A DNA stretch of 44,909 nucleotides from positions 1 to 44,909 of the forward strand of contig NW_021835166.1 of assembly GCF_006345805.1 (NCBI RefSeq), read 5' to 3'. The number at the start of each line of letters is the position of its first letter. The first letter of the stretch is position 1. Source of the stretch: Octopus sinensis (taxonomy: Eukaryota). The position numbers were made by a program, and so were the translations under genes. Under the pieces are notes generated by a model. It saw only the letters and a program-made list of their open reading frames with translations. It was not told the origin of the DNA and did not search any database. Positions 37,795 through 44,909 of the stretch are shown one piece after another.

Positions 37795-38105
37795 GATGTG
37801 AACAGATCCTTGATCTGCCAAACCACAACCCAAAAATCATCAACAAAGATGCCATTATTTTATCAGTTGATGTAGTAAACCTCAGTTCCACGATCCCACA
37901 CCAATATGAACAAGAGGCAATGGGCATCTGGCTCTAAAATTTCCCTCATGAAATCTCGGATAGAATTCTAAAAAGTTTCATGATCGAAGGGCGTTTTTTT
38001 TTTTTTTTACTTTATTGATAATATTTACATGCAACAATCTAGGACTGCGATGGTCACAAAAGTTGCTCCGATTTATGCCTATTTAGTCATGGTATACATT
38101 GATTA
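37795..38105 (+). pseudogene. Penelope-like element reverse transcriptase relic
   Basis: IINKDAIILSVDVVNLSSTIPHQYEQEAMGIWL (D(V)..LY..IPH motif) and FIDNIYMQQSRTAMVTKVAPIYAYLVMVYID (Y.Q..GTAMG...AP.YA.L.MG motif); stops and frameshift present. Confidence 0.8.
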
Positions 38106-38889
38106 CTTTTCTCCCACTTTACTTTAATTCAAACACTACCACAATTCAAACACAAATGAATAAAGAAAAAGTATTGCACCAAAATACAGACCACGACTGG
38201 AATATCAGCAGCAGCAATAACCTACGAACCGCAAACGTTAACCTACGAACAATAAAAGAGAACTAACAAAATTTTATTTCATTCAAACAATTCCTGTCCA
38301 CTCAACCACATAACAGATAAAATTTAGAGAGCCTTGAATGTTTTGGACTGTCACCAGATAGTTTTTCAACATGATATTAAGCCTAATCATGAGATCATCC
38401 TCTGCCAATCAAATTGTGTCCTACACAGATAGCAACTGATGCGATGTTCTCACTGTAGGAACGAGAATTTCCGAATTCCTGTCAGAAAGGAGACAGTTGT
38501 GGCATAGCCTTACTTTATTTTATCTCACTTGAATTTTGAAAATCAGATAAAATTGTGAAACCGGTTAAACCAATAAAAAGTATTTTAAGCTTCCTTTTTC
38601 CATGAATATGTAATATATATGAGTGTGTGAAAGTGTGTGTGTGTATATATATATTTTTTATTTATGTATATACCTTTGATCCTTGTATGTAAAAAGAGGT
38701 GATAGTCACGACTGAAAGGCCTATGATCATAGGTTAGCTCAATTGAGTTTCACAACAGTAGTCTCAAACATCATCATCAACATCCACTTCACAATAACAG
38801 TAGCAATAATTATAACAACAACATATCTGTCTCTACGATGGGCACCTCTAGAACAGAAATATTTTTGAAAATGCCAAACAACAATAGCA

Positions 38890-39330
38890 CCGGCATTGCG
38901 ATAATCATAATCATTCTCATCATCACCAGTATCGTCATTGTCGTCATCATCATTATCCTCATCATCATCATCATCATCACCATCATCATCATCATCCTCG
39001 CCATCGTCATCATCATTATCATCATTATCATCCTCGCCATCATCATCATCGTCATCATCATCATCATCGTCGCCGTCATCGTCGTCTTCATCATCTTCCT
39101 CATCAGCATCATCATCATCATCACCATCACCATCATCATCACCATGATCATCACCATCATCCCCATCTTCATCATCATCATCATCATCATCGTCATCACA
39201 ATCATCATCGCCATCATCATCATCATCACCATCAGCACCACCATCATCATCATCATCATCATCACCATCATCATTATCCTCATCGTCTTTACTGTCATCG
39301 CCATCATTCTCTTCTTCATCGTTGACGTCA
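38890..39330. repeat. degenerate (CAT)n field
   Basis: direct reading; explains the poly-D, poly-M and poly-I ORFs. Confidence 0.95.
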
Positions 39331-39550
39331 TGGTCCTCATTTGCAATACCAATAACAACAACAGAAATTCTAAGAAAACATTTGCCAACACGAAAGCAGT
39401 CACAACCAGATGCTGTCACCTCAGCAATAATAATATCAACAATATTGTCAAAATACATCACTATCAAAATACAGTTCTATATTTAAGAAATGAGGAATTA
39501 TCTACATTATTTACATTCGACGGATATTTGTCCTCATCTTGTTTGTTGTT

Positions 39551-39596
39551 AACACAACGTTTCGGTTGATATACCCTCCAGCCATCTTCAGGTGTC
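39551..39596 (-). ncRNA. minimal hammerhead-like motif, left arm
   Basis: GACAC-CUGAAGA-U-GGCUG-GAGGGUAUAU-CAACC-GAA-ACGU-U17-GUGUU. Confidence 0.7.
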
Positions 39597-39686
39597 TTGG
39601 GGAATTTTCGAACATGTGTTCTCATCCCTAAGCTATTTTTCGATGTTATTATTATTATTGTTGTTGTTGTTATTGTTATTGTTCAG

Positions 39687-39748
39687 GTCACAGCTTGGAA
39701 TCGAACTCGGAATCTTTGGTTAGTAGCCCGCACCCTTAACCACTACGT
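39687..39748 (-). promoter_or_regulatory. tRNA-like head with A/B boxes (left arm)
   Basis: reverse reads GACGTAGTGGTTAAGGGTGCGGGCTACTAACCAAAGATTCCGAGTTCGATTCCAAGCTGTGAC. Confidence 0.75.
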
Positions 39749-39761
39749 CATATTCCCATGT

Positions 39762-39824
39762 GCGTAGTGGTTAAGAGCGCAGGCTACTAACCCCAAGATT
39801 CCGAGTTCGATGCCAGGCAGTGAC
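39762..39824 (+). promoter_or_regulatory. tRNA-like head with A/B boxes (right arm)
   Basis: GCGTAGTGGTTAAG (A-box-like)..GGCTACTAACCCC (anticodon-arm-like)..GAGTTCGATGCC (B-box-like). Confidence 0.75.
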
Positions 39825-39825
39825 T

Positions 39826-39882
<57 letters not shown>

Positions 39883-39887
39883 TGATG

Positions 39888-39933
<46 letters not shown>

Positions 39934-39937
39934 GATG

Positions 39938-39977
<40 letters not shown>

Positions 39978-39982
39978 TGATG

Positions 39983-40015
<33 letters not shown>

Positions 40016-40318
40016 TATAATAATAATAATAATAATATAATAATAATAATAATAAAAATAATATAATAATACTAATATAATAATAATAATATAATAATAA
40101 TAATAATAATAATATAATATATAATAATGTATTGAGAAGAGCATTGTCGATGTGAGAACTGTTGCTGCTCATGTATATTAACTTAAAAAAAAAAAAAATG
40201 AACGAACTATTGAGTTTGGTTTAATGGCCTACCAATGTATACTATGAGTTTCTTTGCCCTAGGAGTCGGGAAGACACTCGGCAAGAAATGGAAGCAAATT
40301 TGAAAGAAGAAAAAAAAA

Positions 40319-40351
<33 letters not shown>

Positions 40352-40398
40352 TCAACAACAACAACATCGAAAAATACCCAGGTTCGAAATTTCTCCAA

Positions 40399-40444
40399 GA
40401 CACCTGATGAAACCTGGAGGGTATATCAGCCGAAACGTTGTGTT
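40399..40444 (+). ncRNA. minimal hammerhead-like motif, right arm
   Basis: GACAC-CUGAUGA(40404-10)-A-ACCUG-GAGGGUAUAU-CAGCC-GAA-ACGU-U17-GUGUU. Confidence 0.7.
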
Positions 40445-42417
40445 AACAACAAACAAGATGAAGAAAAATATCCGTCAAGTGTAAATAATGTAAATACATC
40501 ACTATCACAATTACTAAGCGTAATTATTAATTGCTGGTAGGGACACAGTATTACGTTATGCAACCATAATGTGCTACTACGTTAAAAGCTAAGAATTCAA
40601 TGCCATGTTTTGTCTGTGTTAGCAGTGCGATTCAAATACCTTTTGATGTTATCTCCACCGATTTTCTATAGGAATTAGAGCCAGGACAGAAAGTGAATAC
40701 GCTTCGTAAACGAACACGTCTTTGTAAACAATGAGATCGAAACATTAACAGTAACGTCTCAATCATTATTACCACCACCGCCACCACCAACACTACAGCC
40801 ACCACACCGTCGCTGTCACTACCACTAGCAGCATCACCATCACGACCATTACCACCACCAACAACGACACACCTACCACAACCACCAGCACCACCACAGC
40901 CACCATCATCAATATCACCAAGAAGCGTCAGGTGATCCGTGCATTTATCTAACCAACGAAGGGGATTCCAAGTTGGTCAAATGACGTGCTAGATATTGGG
41001 GCCACTTGTTCGTCGCATCAGCAACGCGCTACTTTGTAAAATAGTCATATCGGACAATGTATATTTTGATGTATACGCTGTTGGGATGGTCAGTTCTGGA
41101 ACGAGTTTGAACGTACGTTTGCTTGATCGAGGATGACCTGGGGTAAGTCAGAGATTCAGCAGTGATGCGATATGCATCAAATAAAACATTACAATCATCA
41201 TCATCATCATCACTGCCAACACCAATATTATTAATGACAGAGGCAACGTAAACAACGACGTCCCATCACCACCACGGGTCTGAGGATTAACAAAAATTAT
41301 AAGCACAAAAACATGAAACTCAAAAGCACCAAAAACCAAGAAACAACAGGAAGTAAAAACATCATCAACTACAACAACAACAAATACTACTATTACTACT
41401 ACTACAGCTACAACAAGAATAACAACAACAGCAAACACAATAATCACATACAAAAAAGGCAAACAAGATCAGCAATAAGATCAAAATAAAAAATACACAT
41501 AGACACACAGACATACAATTAAAACCAAAAAAACACACGAGCACGGCAACAACAAAAACAAGAGGAAACGCCAGACAACATAAACACCAGAAATGCAAGA
41601 AAAAAACTGCAGCACGACAACAGCAGCAGCAACAACAACAATTATATTAGCAGAATGACGAACAGCGAAAAGTTATAAAAACGATGACCACCACCACCAG
41701 GATAGCGTCATCAGCGGTGCCGAGTCCACCACTGCCACTTCCGTCGATATCGTTTAAGAAATGAGAAAGAAAGAAACGAAGAAAACGAATGAATGAAAAA
41801 AAAACACTGAATGAAAGAAAGAGAGAAGGAAAAAGAGAGAGTCGGAGAGAGTGGTTTGTAGAAGTGATAGATTAACATTGTAGTAGTTCTTCACAGCATG
41901 CAATTTTCAATTCTAAATAGCTGAAAGGGAAAAACAGGGTGGAATGAAGACAATAAACAAAAATAAATATAATTTTTTTTAAATAAGACAAAAACAGCAT
42001 AAAAAAATTATAAGAAGAATTTTAAAACAAAAACATCAAAAATCTTCGCTACTTTGCTTCACAAAATTAAACATTCAGAATTAAATTCGAAAGTAAATTG
42101 AACGCTGTTTCGATTTCTGCTCTTCCTTCATCAGACTGGTTTATTTTATTATTTTTTATTCTATTTTTGTTTTGTTTTTTTACTGTATTTTACTGTTTTT
42201 TTTTATTTTTGGGGTTTTTTTTTTCACTCCGCCATTTTCTTTTTCTGTTTCATTTTTGTTTCGTCATTTTTTTTTCACCATCAGCGCCATCTTGCTAACC
42301 TCACGTTTTTTTTTCACTCACTTGTTTACTTTCTTTTTTTCTTCTTTCTTTCAGTTGTTTTAGCTTTCTAATATTATACTATTTTACGTAGAATATTTCC
42401 TTCTAAATATAATACAT

Positions 42418-42462
<45 letters not shown>

Positions 42463-42589
42463 TACATATAATAATATATACACATATATATAGATATAAA
42501 CATATACACACACACATATATACGTATATGAATATATATATACATATATATACAAATATACAATATGTATGTATATATATATATATATA

Positions 42590-42631
<42 letters not shown>

Positions 42632-42645
42632 GATAGATAGATAGA

Positions 42646-42692
<47 letters not shown>

Positions 42693-43039
42693 ATATTAGA
42701 TATATATATAATATATTACATATATATATATATATATATATATAGCATATACATATATATATATACATATATATATACATATATATATATATATATTATA
42801 TATAATATATATATATATATATACATATATATTTATAATCACATGCATACATACATGTGGTGTGTATGCGCGCGCACATATGTATACGCGTGTTATTTTA
42901 AATATATTTTTTTCGTTTGGTCTTGATTATAAAAAAAATTCTTTTGTATTTTTTGCTTCTTTATTTTTATTCTTCTTTTTGTGTGTTTTCTGATGTGAAA
43001 TGGTTTATTTTCTCGGTGGTTGAAGCGATTTCTTAGCGG

Positions 43040-43880
<841 letters not shown>

Positions 43881-44442
43881 GCAGTGTCGTTAATGTTTTG
43901 TCAAGGTTTTTTTTCGGAGTTTTTACTGTTGCTTTTATTTTTTTTGTGGGGGGGGGGTCTTGTTTTACTACAAAAAATCAACAAAACAACAACATTTCAA
44001 AGAAAAAGAAATCAACAACATACAAAGCTTTGAATGTTAATCACTTGTTTATTTATTTATATTTTATTTTGCTTCGTTTATTTGTTTTACATGATTTGTT
44101 TTGTTTGTTTTTCTAATTTCTTAACTTGTTTCGAGCGTTTGAGACTGTTTTTTTACAATTTAACAAACACACACGCACACACACGCACATACATATACAC
44201 ATGCACATACACACGCACACACACTCACGCACTGACACCACACAAACTCACATACACACGCACACACAGACATATATATATATATATATACATATATATA
44301 TGCATATATATGTATGTTTATATATATATGTATATAATTTTATGCATTCATAATTGTTCTCTCAGTTTCTCTCTATCTATCCATCTCTCACTCAGTCACC
44401 TGTTTATTACTCTCTCACTTCTCCACTCTCTTTCTCGCTCCC

Positions 44443-44473
<31 letters not shown>

Positions 44474-44730
44474 CACGTACATTTTCTCCCTCTCATATAA
44501 CTTTTACTTTCATTTTATTCTTTTCATATTCCTTAGTGCTGTTGTTGTTTTTATCCAGCTCACAGGATTTTTATTTTTATTTTTAATTTTTTTTTTATTT
44601 GTTTCTTTCTATTTTTTTTCGTTTGTTTTTCTTCGTTAGTTATGTTAGTATGTTCGAAATGTTGGTTACTTTGGTTGGATTACGTTTTTATCCTCTGTTA
44701 AATAACAAATTATTTGAGATTTCAGTCTTG

Positions 44731-44733
44731 AAA

Positions 44734-44780
<47 letters not shown>

Positions 44781-44784
44781 GTAA

Positions 44785-44828
<44 letters not shown>
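44731..44828. repeat. (TAAA)n tetranucleotide microsatellite
   Basis: direct reading. Confidence 0.95.
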
Positions 44829-44909
44829 GCGGAAAAACAATGAAGTTGTAGTTATTGTAGTCTGCTACTCATAGTCATTTAGTAAACTTATTTTCTATTC
44901 TCGCCATCA

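Larger units (their letters stand above)
39467..40491. mobile_element. head-to-head palindromic element: hammerhead <- tRNA-like head | tRNA-like head -> (TAA)n -> hammerhead, flanked by a 16-bp direct repeat
   Basis: arms are mutual reverse complements (about 39505-39748 versus 39762-39824 plus 40330-40491); AAATACATCACTATCA at 39451-39466 and 40492-40507. Confidence 0.85.

Noticed and set aside
38739-39569. 242-aa Asp-rich, 197-aa Met-rich and 243-aa Ile-rich overlapping ORFs
   Set aside because: All overlap the same degenerate (CAT)n field; open frames are expected from the repeat.
39687-39824. Bona fide tRNA genes
   Set aside because: A/B boxes and an anticodon-like arm are present, but there is no intact acceptor stem; treated as SINE-type heads.
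41100-41150. Strong GGG|GTAAGT donor
   Set aside because: All three upstream frames contain stops and no matching acceptor or exon could be defined.
42100-42140. CUGAUGA..GAAAC on the minus strand
   Set aside because: Neither stem I nor stem II can be paired convincingly.

Overview
Eukaryotic, gene-poor, extremely microsatellite-rich window. The repeat landscape is most consistent with an octopus-type cephalopod genome; this is inferred from the repeats, not proven. No host protein-coding exon could be confidently recognised, and almost all ORFs in the supplied track are translations of (TA)n/(CA)n/(TATC)n/(CAT)n/(TAA)n/(GGT)n tracts. The real coding content is transposon-derived: a CR1-group LINE 3' end with an intact ORF (7.3-8.2 kb), a decayed L2/CR1-group LINE (2.9-3.5 kb), an R4/Dong-like RLE element (27.4-28.4 kb), a Tx1/L1 element (33.1-34.6 kb), two mariner relics, a Penelope-like (PLE) RT relic (37.8-38.1 kb), a Helentron-type non-autonomous element and many tRNA-derived SINEs. 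The main unexpected signal is six minimal type-I hammerhead-ribozyme-like motifs (10579+, 23438-, 24114-, 25016+, 39551-, 40399+). Each has stem III reduced to a short self-complementary palindrome, the dimer-type architecture known from PLE repeats. Two of them terminate the arms of a single head-to-head palindromic unit (39467-40491) with two divergent tRNA-like Pol III promoters at its centre, flanked by a 16-bp direct repeat (probable TSD). This is a candidate PLE-mobilised, ribozyme-tailed SINE. All folds and alignments were done by eye and need computational and biochemical confirmation.
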